Shown: positions 56,232 to 63,613, counted from the stretch's first letter. The stretch: DNA of 64,000 bases from Candidatus Cloacimonadota bacterium (GCA_030626645.1 DAOUTP010000001.1:4719-68718), one strand, 5' to 3'. The notes: generated from the letters alone by a model not told the origin. A program made the numbers and translations.

Positions 56232-57659
56232 TTAAAAAGGTAATTCATCTTCATCATTCATTACTTCAACTTCCATCTGGTCAGAATAACACATTGTACT
56301 CCCATCCCAATTAACAGGAATATCGGGAGTTGATCCTGACCGATGTTTCTTTATCATTAATATTGCTTGATTTGACGGTATCGGTAATCCCATTTCATCT
56401 TTCAACTTATACCATGAAGGGCGAAATGTAAATATTACAATATCGGCATCTTGTTCGATAGCACCTGATTCTCTTAAATCAGAAAGCAAAGGTGTTTTAT
56501 CTGATCTCTCCTCACATTTCCTACTCAATTGAGATAATGGTACAATAGGAATGTTTAAATCTTTTGCTAATTTTTTTATTTCCCGGGATATAGTACTTAT
56601 TTCAGTTTCTCTATTTCCATATCTATTAATTCCTTGCATTAATTGTAAATAATCAACAAATATTATACGAACACCTTTATTATGTACTAATTCAATAGCT
56701 TTAGTCCGCAGGTCTGTAATACTCAAACCGGCAGTATCATCAATATAAAAAGGCACATCATCTGTTTCAATAGCTGATTTTTGCAAATCTGAAAACTGAT
56801 CCTGTGAAATATCTCCATCACGTAACCTTCTATAATTAATATTAATTAATTGACTTTTTAACCTAAAATCAATTTGGTCGGCTGACATTTCTAACGAAAA
56901 CAACGCTGACGGTATTTTTTGAATATAACTAATATTAATAACAAGACTAATCACCAACGCTGTTTTACCCATCCCAGGCCTTCCTGCTATAACAATTACA
57001 TCAGGAGCATGAAACCCCCCTAAAACCTTATCTAATAGTGTGAGTTTTGATTTTATTCCTGTTGTGCCCATCTCTCCGTCAATGATCTTTTTTATACGGA
57101 TCATATTTTCTTTGGAAACATCGGAAATTTTACGAACATTGCTTGCTACAAGAGTTTGGTTTAAATTTAATAAATTTGTAATTAATCCATCTATAAGCTC
57201 AAAAACATCGGTTGTATCTTCATAACCCATTTTTACACCTTCACTACCTATTCTAATTATTTCTCTTTGAAGATATTTTTGAATGATTATTTTACAATGA
57301 TATTCGGAATTGATAGCACTACTCACTTTATTTGTTAATTCCATAATGAAAAACGGGCCTCCACATTCTTCTAAAATGCCCATTTTCTTCAACTCTGTCT
57401 GAACCAACAAAATATCAACTGCCGAATGTTCTCTAAAAAGATTTCTAATGGACAAATAAATATGTTGATGTGCTTCTTTGTAGAATACTTCATGTGTTTT
57501 GATTTCAACCATTAAAATATTTACACCTTCCGGTTGAAGCATTGCTGCACCAAGTACTGCTTCCTCCAAATCAATAGCTTGTGGAGGAACTTTACCTGTT
57601 TCTAATGTTAAATCTTTTAACATATTATGATATGCTTCTATTTGCTTTTTATCTCTCAT
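56232..57659 (-). CDS. dnaB: replicative DNA helicase DnaB, with SSB-like DEDELPF C-terminus
   Basis: N-terminal PPQAIDLEEAVLGAAML; Walker A GRPGMGKT; IFVDYLQLM; SQLSR. Ends ...MNDEDELPF. Confidence 0.9.
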   Translation of the reverse strand: MRDKKQIEAYHNMLKDLTLETGKVPPQAIDLEEAVLGAAMLQPEGVNILMVEIKTHEVFYKEAHQHIYLSIRNLFREHSAVDILLVQTELKKMGILEECGGPFFIMELTNKVSSAINSEYHCKIIIQKYLQREIIRIGSEGVKMGYEDTTDVFELIDGLITNLLNLNQTLVASNVRKISDVSKENMIRIKKIIDGEMGTTGIKSKLTLLDKVLGGFHAPDVIVIAGRPGMGKTALVISLVINISYIQKIPSALFSLEMSADQIDFRLKSQLININYRRLRDGDISQDQFSDLQKSAIETDDVPFYIDDTAGLSITDLRTKAIELVHNKGVRIIFVDYLQLMQGINRYGNRETEISTISREIKKLAKDLNIPIVPLSQLSRKCEERSDKTPLLSDLRESGAIEQDADIVIFTFRPSWYKLKDEMGLPIPSNQAILMIKKHRSGSTPDIPVNWDGSTMCYSDQMEVEVMNDEDELPF

Positions 57660-58058
57660 TTAATTTTTAATACCTTTAGCTGTTGGCATTACAAAAACAT
57701 CTTTTTTTTCTTCTTTTAATTTTTCTAAGAATATTCTTTCGTTAAGATACTTATATGGTGCTAACTTAAATTCTTCTGTTTCTCCATATATTTTACTATG
57801 TGATAAAATTTGTGGTATTAACCTTCGAGGAAGTTTTTTCCATTCAATCATAGCTTTTGCTTTTCTGTACTTGTAACCATAATTTTCCCAAAATTCATCA
57901 AATCCTTCAAATCTTGATGTTTCCTTTGAATCAGTCATAACCAACATATAAGTTCCTTTGGGTAAATCCTTAACTTTTAACTCATAATGTTCACCATTAA
58001 AACTTACCAAAACAGGCATAACTTCTGCTGTCTGTTTTTCTATTAAATTAAATTTCAT
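57660..58058 (-). CDS. hypothetical protein (helicase-loader position)
   Basis: The track ORF uses a GTG start at 58109, but ATG 58058 (MKFNLIEKQ...) is likelier. The stop abuts the dnaB ATG. Confidence 0.55.
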   Translation of the reverse strand: MKFNLIEKQTAEVMPVLVSFNGEHYELKVKDLPKGTYMLVMTDSKETSRFEGFDEFWENYGYKYRKAKAMIEWKKLPRRLIPQILSHSKIYGETEEFKLAPYKYLNERIFLEKLKEEKKDVFVMPTAKGIKN

Positions 58059-58231
58059 AGTCTTATTTTTGTTCCGATTTAATTTCCCATTTATTAATAA
58101 ATCTCTCACACTTTTGTTTCATCAAAAAATACCCCAAAGATGTATTGTTTGTCCTTGAATTTAACAATTCTAAAAATAATTTACGTCTTTTTACCTTTTT
58201 TCTCAGTAAAAGTTTAATCAAATAAAGTAGT

Positions 58232-58423
58232 TTATTTTTCATTTCTTAATTCATCTCTAAGATTCTTGTCCATCTCATCTGTTATAATTCGATACACTGT
58301 TGAATAGTGAACAGTTTCTTCTTCAGCAATTTCTTTCACGATTAAAGAACGACTTTTAAATTCTCTTAATTTACTTTTGTAAATTTCAACTACCCTTTTA
58401 TGATTTTCTATTTTAAAACTCAT
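58232..58423 (-). CDS. small HTH protein (excisionase/regulator candidate)
   Basis: 63 aa. IVKEIAEEETVHYSTVYRII is HTH-like. Immediately downstream of the integrase. Confidence 0.5.
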   Translation of the reverse strand: MSFKIENHKRVVEIYKSKLREFKSRSLIVKEIAEEETVHYSTVYRIITDEMDKNLRDELRNEK

Positions 58424-58468
58424 TTTTTTGTATTTTTATAATTTTTTGCTAAAATACAACTTTTTTCG

Positions 58469-59365
58469 TTATTGGCAAAAATATTTATGAACAGCCATAT
58501 TTTCTGCATTTTGTTTTTTTGAAATTCTGATATAATTCATAAAACCTTTCCATGTTGTATGCCCGGTTAACATTCTTACCATATTAGGATCCAATCCCGC
58601 TAAAACCATATTTGTTGCAGCACTCCTTCGTGCCGTATGGCTTGTAATAAGCTCATATTTGAGTTTAATGACATCTTTTTTACGTTTACCACCTCTGACC
58701 TCAGAAACAATGATTTTATCGTTGATGGAAGCCATTTCGCCTACACAACGTATTTTTTTAATAAATGTAGCAAGATTTTGAATTTTCAACTTTGAAAGAT
58801 CATAATCATATTTTTCTAAAATTTCCCGAACCATCCAATGAATAGGAATAATTACATGGCTTTGTGTTCTTTTGAAACCTTTGAATACATTTATTTTTAA
58901 AAAATCACCTTCCAAACTTTCAGGACGTATCTGAGTATAGTCTGATACCCGAAGTGTTGTGTGGGCACCAACCAAAAAAACATCTCTTATATGTTCTTCC
59001 TGGCCCGATAGATTTAATTCCCACATTCTTTCAAGTTCGACTGATGAAAGAACTATATGATCACAGTAAACCCAATTGAATTTGAATTCTTCATAGGGAT
59101 TTTTTAGTATTAAACCTTTTCTTATTGCTGACTTGATTATTTTTCTTAAATTAGAATGTTTTAATGAAATATAATTTGTTTTGTAGTCTTTATCTAATAA
59201 AAAATTATTGAAACTTTCTATGAATTCATAGTCAATATCCTTAAATTTAATATTTGAATTAAACTCATTTAATAACTTTAATGTTGTCATTTGAACATTA
59301 TAAGTAGTTAAGTTTAAGTTTCTGTTGTTTTTTAATTCGTTCTCGAAAAACTGGTTGAATGTCAT
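58469..59365 (-). CDS. tyrosine recombinase / integrase
   Basis: 298 aa with an N-terminal SAM-like core-binding region. The catalytic set is recognisable: TTLRVSD (Arg), HTARRS (His-x-x-Arg), LTGHTT (His), MNYIR (Tyr). Confidence 0.85.
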   Translation of the reverse strand: MTFNQFFENELKNNRNLNLTTYNVQMTTLKLLNEFNSNIKFKDIDYEFIESFNNFLLDKDYKTNYISLKHSNLRKIIKSAIRKGLILKNPYEEFKFNWVYCDHIVLSSVELERMWELNLSGQEEHIRDVFLVGAHTTLRVSDYTQIRPESLEGDFLKINVFKGFKRTQSHVIIPIHWMVREILEKYDYDLSKLKIQNLATFIKKIRCVGEMASINDKIIVSEVRGGKRKKDVIKLKYELITSHTARRSAATNMVLAGLDPNMVRMLTGHTTWKGFMNYIRISKKQNAENMAVHKYFCQ

Positions 59366-59369
59366 AATT

Positions 59370-59564
59370 TTAAAAAGGTATTTTTATTAAATTTTTCATT
59401 CTTTTTTCTTTTGCTAATAAAACAGAATAGTCTAAATTAATTTTTTCACGAATTGCCGTTCTTATAAATGTTGATTTTTTTATTCCAAATCTGGTTAAAT
59501 TGTTTAATTTTTCAACATCTTCGACAGTCATTCTAAATCTTTGTATTTCAGTTAATTTACTCAT
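59370..59564 (-). CDS. ribbon-helix-helix DNA-binding protein, paralogue B
   Basis: MSKLTEIQRFRMTVEDVEKLNNLTRFGIKKSTFIRTAIREKI. Lies 4 nt upstream of the integrase. Confidence 0.65.
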   Translation of the reverse strand: MSKLTEIQRFRMTVEDVEKLNNLTRFGIKKSTFIRTAIREKINLDYSVLLAKEKRMKNLIKIPF

Positions 59565-59599
59565 AAATGTCCTACAAAAGGTGTGTATATCTACTGTTA
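59520..59599. repeat. 80-bp exact repeat, copy B
   Basis: Identical to 50462-50541. It ends at the GTTA core (59596-59599). Confidence 0.95.
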
Positions 59600-59819
59600 T
59601 AAATCATTTACTCCTCTTCAAGTATTTGCTTTATCAGGTCGGCAGCCAAAATACGTTCAGCCTTTGTGTAGTTTTTCTCATACACTACATTTGTAACTAT
59701 TTTATACATATCATCCATCCTCTTGGTTTTACTCAAAGGCTTTCCACTCATTGGATGCCTTTGGTTTTTCTGTTGTTGAAACTTCGCAATAATATTTATC
59801 ATAAAAACGCTTTATAACA
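59595..59819. repeat. IR-bracketed unit 7 (TGTTATAAA / TTTATAACA, 9 bp)
   Basis: Arms at 59595-59603 and 59811-59819, lying 4 nt past the stop and 8 nt before the ATG of 59608..59802. Confidence 0.8.
59608..59802 (-). CDS. hypothetical small protein
   Basis: 64-aa ORF, cargo of unit 7. Confidence 0.55.
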   Translation of the reverse strand: MINIIAKFQQQKNQRHPMSGKPLSKTKRMDDMYKIVTNVVYEKNYTKAERILAADLIKQILEEE

Positions 59820-60034
59820 ATGTATATAAAAAATAAAAATCACTAACGTTCGTGCCGTCCGCAATTTTTGCACACTCTTGGGGCATTGGGGAAATCTAAC
59901 ACCCATCTGTTTGGTTTATACTCGTGGTCACACCACATTTGCTTCCATTTCAATCTTATCCAAATTTTAAAGTCTCCTATCATATCCGTAATTTTTAAAT
60001 TTTATATACTGGTCGTTATAAACCATAATTTGCC

Positions 60035-60277
60035 CTATATGTCACAATAGCATTTATTACACATAAGCCCTAAAATTGTTGGTTCACACTCTTCTTCACA
60101 GTTAGAGCAAATAACAGGTTTTATAACAACAGGTATAGTTAAATTTTTAACTTGCTCCTGTGCATATTCTTCCATAGCTTCTATAAATATGCTTAATGGT
60201 ATATCATCAAATCTTGCACTTTTATTCTTATCGTAAAAGTATTTAATGTGTTTGTCTAAAATCTTTTCTGCATTCAT
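60035..60277 (-). CDS. small Cys-rich protein
   Basis: 80 aa with CSNCEEEC...CNKCYC. Confidence 0.55.
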   Translation of the reverse strand: MNAEKILDKHIKYFYDKNKSARFDDIPLSIFIEAMEEYAQEQVKNLTIPVVIKPVICSNCEEECEPTILGLMCNKCYCDI

Positions 60278-60322
60278 ATCTGTATTTTTTATTCGTTAAA
60301 AATCAAACCATACCTGCGGCAC

Positions 60323-60990
60323 GTTAGGCAAAATGTTTAGCGACACTCTGCTCATCAGTTTGGTTTATCGGCATTATTAATATTTCAATATCATTCATTG
60401 AGAATAAACTCATAGAGTTCGGTTCTTTTTGAGATAGTAAAATAATTGAATCACTCTTTATATAATTAGCAATAGCAACTATTTTACTTAGATACTTCTC
60501 TTTAAATCGTGATTTTTTAATATCAATGAAATGATTTTTATCATATATTTTTCTACCTGTTTTTATTACATGGTTTTTGCTCAATTTTTTATCGCCATTA
60601 CAAACAGGGCAATCAAAGTAATCAGTATATCCCTCATATTCCCATTCAACTTCACCATTTCCTTCACATTCTTTACAAGTGTAGTCGCTTTCTACATTTC
60701 TAAATTCCTCAATTTTCGGTATACTGGTAATAGCCTCTTTTAATTCTGCTATCTTTATAGTGTATTTTAATTGTTTTTTATCAGGCATTATTCTTGCAAT
60801 ACTTTCTCTAATACTTTCTTTTATTGGTTCGTAATCATTTATGACACATTTCTTTGGCACTTTAATTAAAGCGTGTCCATCGGTAGCATAAACATAGTCG
60901 TCAATAATAAATGGTTCAATCATCCATTCTCTGTACGTGTCAGTACTGGTGAATAACTTTACAATTTCGTCATAAAACACTTTGCCTAAC
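60323..60990. repeat. IR-bracketed unit 8 (GTTAGGCAAA / TTTGCCTAAC, 10 bp)
   Basis: Arms at 60323-60332 (overlapping the stop) and 60981-60990 (inside the ORF at codons PLLGKV). Confidence 0.85.
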
Positions 60991-61046
60991 AACGGCTCAT
61001 AATTAATAGCCTTAGTTTTGTCGGTATTTTTACTATCTTTTTTCAT
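60324..61046 (-). CDS. hypothetical protein with DnaJ-type zinc knuckle
   Basis: 240 aa with CKECEGNGEVEW...CPVCNGDKK. The first 19 codons are encoded by linker copy c. Confidence 0.65.
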   Translation of the reverse strand: MKKDSKNTDKTKAINYEPLLGKVFYDEIVKLFTSTDTYREWMIEPFIIDDYVYATDGHALIKVPKKCVINDYEPIKESIRESIARIMPDKKQLKYTIKIAELKEAITSIPKIEEFRNVESDYTCKECEGNGEVEWEYEGYTDYFDCPVCNGDKKLSKNHVIKTGRKIYDKNHFIDIKKSRFKEKYLSKIVAIANYIKSDSIILLSQKEPNSMSLFSMNDIEILIMPINQTDEQSVAKHFA

Positions 61047-61109
61047 ATCAAGTTTATTTATAAGTTGAAATATTTGTCATTTTAAGTGGCTACTAATCAT
61101 AGCCAAACC
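60991..61109. repeat. inter-unit linker, copy c (partly coding)
   Basis: AACGGCTCATAATTAATAGCCTTAG...GGCTACTAATCATAGCCAAACC. Confidence 0.8.
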
Positions 61110-61360
61110 GTTATAGCCAATTAAGGCTTAATGTCTGTGGTTTTTACGGTCTTGCATAAATTAACAATGCTAATACAGTCTCTGCAATCAACTTTTTCTT
61201 TGGTTCTAATTCCCTTATTTATATCAAGCCCCGGGTCACCAGCTGTCTCAAGCCCACACAAGGTATAATCATTACTTACTGCATCAACATGAACCAAATT
61301 ATCATATCCTGTTTTTATTTTAATATGGAGTGCCATTCTCTAAAATTAACTGGCTATAAC
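61110..61360. repeat. IR-bracketed unit 9 (GTTATAGCCA / TGGCTATAAC, 10 bp)
   Basis: Arms at 61110-61119 and 61351-61360, lying 1 nt past the stop and 14 nt before the ATG of 61121..61336. Confidence 0.85.
61121..61336 (-). CDS. small Cys-containing protein
   Basis: 71 aa with TLCG...CRDC. Cargo of unit 9. Confidence 0.55.
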   Translation of the reverse strand: MALHIKIKTGYDNLVHVDAVSNDYTLCGLETAGDPGLDINKGIRTKEKVDCRDCISIVNLCKTVKTTDIKP

Positions 61361-61478
61361 AATGTATATAAAAAATACAGGGTGTCAGCCTAATTTATGC
61401 AGTTATACCACTTTTTTAAATTCTGTGAGTATCAGGTAGGTTACCGCTTCTATCTCCTGTACTTTTCATATACTTAAC

Positions 61479-61736
61479 GTTAAGCACAAGCTACTTTTTG
61501 TCAATTAATGTAACAAATTGCTTACTGTTTTTCGTTCCAATAAAACCACCATATCCTTTAATATTCCATTTGTATTTAGGTTTTGGTAATGGGAATTTAA
61601 GTGTATCCCATTTAGCACCATTATTTGTGTCTGCAATAAAGTGGTTATCAGTAGTTATTCCGCAATTTGACCATCCATCAGGGTACTCTACTTGTATTGT
61701 TCTTTCTTTTCGTTTTGCAAACCGCCAGTGCTTAAC
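61479..61736. repeat. IR-bracketed unit 10 (GTTAAGCAC / GTGCTTAAC, 9 bp)
   Basis: Arms at 61479-61487 and 61728-61736 (inside the ORF at codons SVKH). Confidence 0.8.
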
Positions 61737-61790
61737 ACTAAATATAGCAAATTTGCTTCTGTTCTTTGGGTATTGTTCTTCGTTATTCAT
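61491..61790 (-). CDS. hypothetical protein
   Basis: 99-aa ORF. The N-terminal 19 codons (..KFAIFS) are encoded by the shared flank. Confidence 0.55.
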   Translation of the reverse strand: MNNEEQYPKNRSKFAIFSVKHWRFAKRKERTIQVEYPDGWSNCGITTDNHFIADTNNGAKWDTLKFPLPKPKYKWNIKGYGGFIGTKNSKQFVTLIDKK

Positions 61791-61850
61791 TTTGTATATA
61801 ATTTAAAAGTTTGTAATTTTTTTCTAAGGCAAACTTGCCATATTATTTCC

Positions 61851-61957
61851 GTTAGCGGTCAGTTTTTTATTTCTAAACCGCAGTATTTGCATATGAACTT
61901 ATCTCCTTTAGGTATTGCTGTTCTGGTCAGGCAGGAGCAAAAAACCGAACCGCTAAC
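61851..61957. repeat. IR pair 11 (GTTAGCGGT / ACCGCTAAC, 9 bp) enclosing only the last ~30 codons of an ORF
   Basis: Arms at 61851-61859 and 61949-61957. Confidence 0.7.
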
Positions 61958-62107
61958 ATGCGGTATATTGCAGTTTTTTACTACCTTATCCTCCAACCAT
62001 TTTACATAATATTCAGAGAAAGTTATTGGTTGTCCTAACCAATCTGGAATTTCACAACCTTTCCCTGTCTCATTATCAAATTGCTCTCTTAATTTTTTTC
62101 TATTCAT
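61859..62107 (-). CDS. small Cys-rich protein
   Basis: 82 aa with CSC...CKYCG. Confidence 0.55.
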   Translation of the reverse strand: MNRKKLREQFDNETGKGCEIPDWLGQPITFSEYYVKWLEDKVVKNCNIPHVSGSVFCSCLTRTAIPKGDKFICKYCGLEIKN

Positions 62108-62156
62108 ATATTTAGTATTTTAATTCCGTAAAAAAACCACACTATACCGCCAGAGT

Positions 62157-62449
62157 GTTATGCCCCATAAGGCTATCTATCATATTCTTTAAAGAAATCA
62201 TCAACATCCATTTGCCCACCATCCTCAAAGTTCCCTTTTGTGGTGTTCAGAAACCTTTCAAGCTCTCTACGTATGTCATTTTTGTCAAGGTCAGTTTTTC
62301 CTTCACTCTTCAAATACTCTTTAAATTCATCTTTGCACTCCCAACATACATATCCTACACTTGGTACATAAATGTCACACATTATATTTTCGCATTCTTT
62401 TCTGCTACAGCTCATTACTCCCATGTTTTCTAAATTTACGGGGCATAAC
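62157..62449. repeat. IR-bracketed unit 12 (GTTATGCCCC / GGGGCATAAC, 10 bp)
   Basis: Arms at 62157-62166 and 62440-62449. Same arm sequence as the unit at 38726-39310 but different cargo. Confidence 0.85.
62173..62424 (-). CDS. small Cys-rich protein
   Basis: The track ORF begins at an ATG that is part of the IR arm. The likelier start is ATG 62424 (MGVMSCSRKECENIMCD...CWEC). Confidence 0.55.
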   Translation of the reverse strand: MGVMSCSRKECENIMCDIYVPSVGYVCWECKDEFKEYLKSEGKTDLDKNDIRRELERFLNTTKGNFEDGGQMDVDDFFKEYDR

Positions 62450-62564
62450 AACGGCTCATAAATAATAGCGGTTGTAGTGCTTATCCCAAGTTTATACTAT
62501 ATTTTTAATTTCGTTCATTAATCTAAATTCTGTGGTTTGTTTCCGCTACTATTCATAGCCCAAC
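62450..62564. repeat. inter-unit linker, copy d
   Basis: AACGGCTCATAAATAATAGCGGTTG...CGCTACTATTCATAGCCCAAC. Confidence 0.8.
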
Positions 62565-63022
62565 GTTACCCATAATACTACAAGTAACTTTCCATATCAG
62601 ATTTTACCTTGTCTAAATGGGTACTATTTTTTATTGTTTCTAATATTTTACCATCTTCAACTTTATAAAGAATAGCAAATAACTCTATCTTATCATTTTC
62701 AAACGAAAATACTGCAACGTAATCTTCTGTAATATCTCCACCTTTTGGAAAATCAAGTGATAAGTATATTCTTTTTGCACCGTTATTTTTATACTCGGCA
62801 AATCTTCTATAATAAGAAGCAACATCTCCACCTAATGCTAATGCGTTTATTTCAAACTTACTATCTTTTGTTTCTGCAAAAAGTTGAAATGGATAATGTC
62901 CGTAACATTCACTATCTTCTATAAAATCTACTTTTACCATTGTTTTTACAAATTCTTCTACTGTTTTCATTTTTATATAATTTTAAAGTTAATATTTCAA
63001 TTTAAACCGTACTATGGGTAAC
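62565..63022. repeat. IR-bracketed unit 13 (GTTACCCAT / ATGGGTAAC, 9 bp)
   Basis: Arms at 62565-62573 and 63014-63022. Cargo is 62578..62970. Confidence 0.8.
62578..62970 (-). CDS. hypothetical protein
   Basis: 130-aa ORF, cargo of unit 13. Confidence 0.65.
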   Translation of the reverse strand: MKTVEEFVKTMVKVDFIEDSECYGHYPFQLFAETKDSKFEINALALGGDVASYYRRFAEYKNNGAKRIYLSLDFPKGGDITEDYVAVFSFENDKIELFAILYKVEDGKILETIKNSTHLDKVKSDMESYL

Positions 63023-63098
63023 ACTAAATATACCCCATATTCCGTTGCACTCCATACGGTGCATATTCTTGTCCGTTAGTTTTTTTAAAAAAAAAACA

Positions 63099-63518
63099 TT
63101 ACAACCACATTGAGTTATCTATTGCAGCTCTCCCACAAATAGAACAGGCTACACTACCACCCCTAACATTTTCAAAATGTTTCTCGTAATTTTCAGGAGT
63201 ATTCTCAACTCTATCACCATTTTCCAAAAACAATAAACTTAAATCTTCATTGCATTCATGGTCTGTCGGTTCGCCACCACACATTATAGCAGTAGCATTT
63301 CCGAGTTTTACTATTTTACAACCTTGTCTCATATATATGTAATTTACCATTTGCTTCAGAAATTTTATTATCATTTCCATTTCAAAATTTTCTGAAGCAA
63401 ATGATAAATAATCAACCGGATTTTCGTAATGATGTCGGTTTCTTTCAATATGATCTTTAAGATGACTAAATTTCACTGTATTATTATGCAATTTTTTCCA
63501 TTTACGTACTCCTTTCAT
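63099..63518 (-). CDS. hypothetical Cys-containing protein, first gene of the long minus operon
   Basis: 139-aa ORF (CGGEPTDHEC...CSICG) directly behind the TATCTTTG box. Confidence 0.65.
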   Translation of the reverse strand: MKGVRKWKKLHNNTVKFSHLKDHIERNRHHYENPVDYLSFASENFEMEMIIKFLKQMVNYIYMRQGCKIVKLGNATAIMCGGEPTDHECNEDLSLLFLENGDRVENTPENYEKHFENVRGGSVACSICGRAAIDNSMWL

Positions 63519-63532
63519 AACTTATTTTTCTG

Positions 63533-63540
63533 CAAAGATA
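63533..63540 (-). promoter_or_regulatory. -7 box TATCTTTG driving the 63.5-to-40 kb minus-strand genes
   Basis: Minus-sense TATTATCTTTGCAGAAAAATAAGTTATG. The box ends 14 nt before ATG 63518. Confidence 0.55.
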
Positions 63541-63582
63541 ATATAGATTTTGCAAAAAACAAGAAAATTTGCAAAATAATTC

Positions 63583-63613
63583 AAAAAAATGAGAGAAACT
63601 TTACATTTCTCTC
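63583..63613 (-). terminator. intrinsic terminator after the endolysin gene
   Basis: Minus-sense GAGAGAAA-tgtaaag-TTTCTCTC followed by ATTTTTTT. Confidence 0.65.

Noticed and set aside
51600-62600. Repeated linkers interspersed with unique segments looked superficially like a CRISPR array.
   Set aside because: The repeats are 80-120 bp and imperfect, with irregular spacing (0.3-10 kb). The 'spacers' are ORFs and no cas genes are present. This is not CRISPR.
58469-63540. Calling the locus a bona fide integron.
   Set aside because: The recombinase shows ordinary phage-integrase features with no recognisable IntI-specific insertion. It is co-oriented with the ORFs rather than divergent. The arms flank each ORF instead of forming a compact 60-130 bp attC. 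Only the analogy is retained as a hypothesis.
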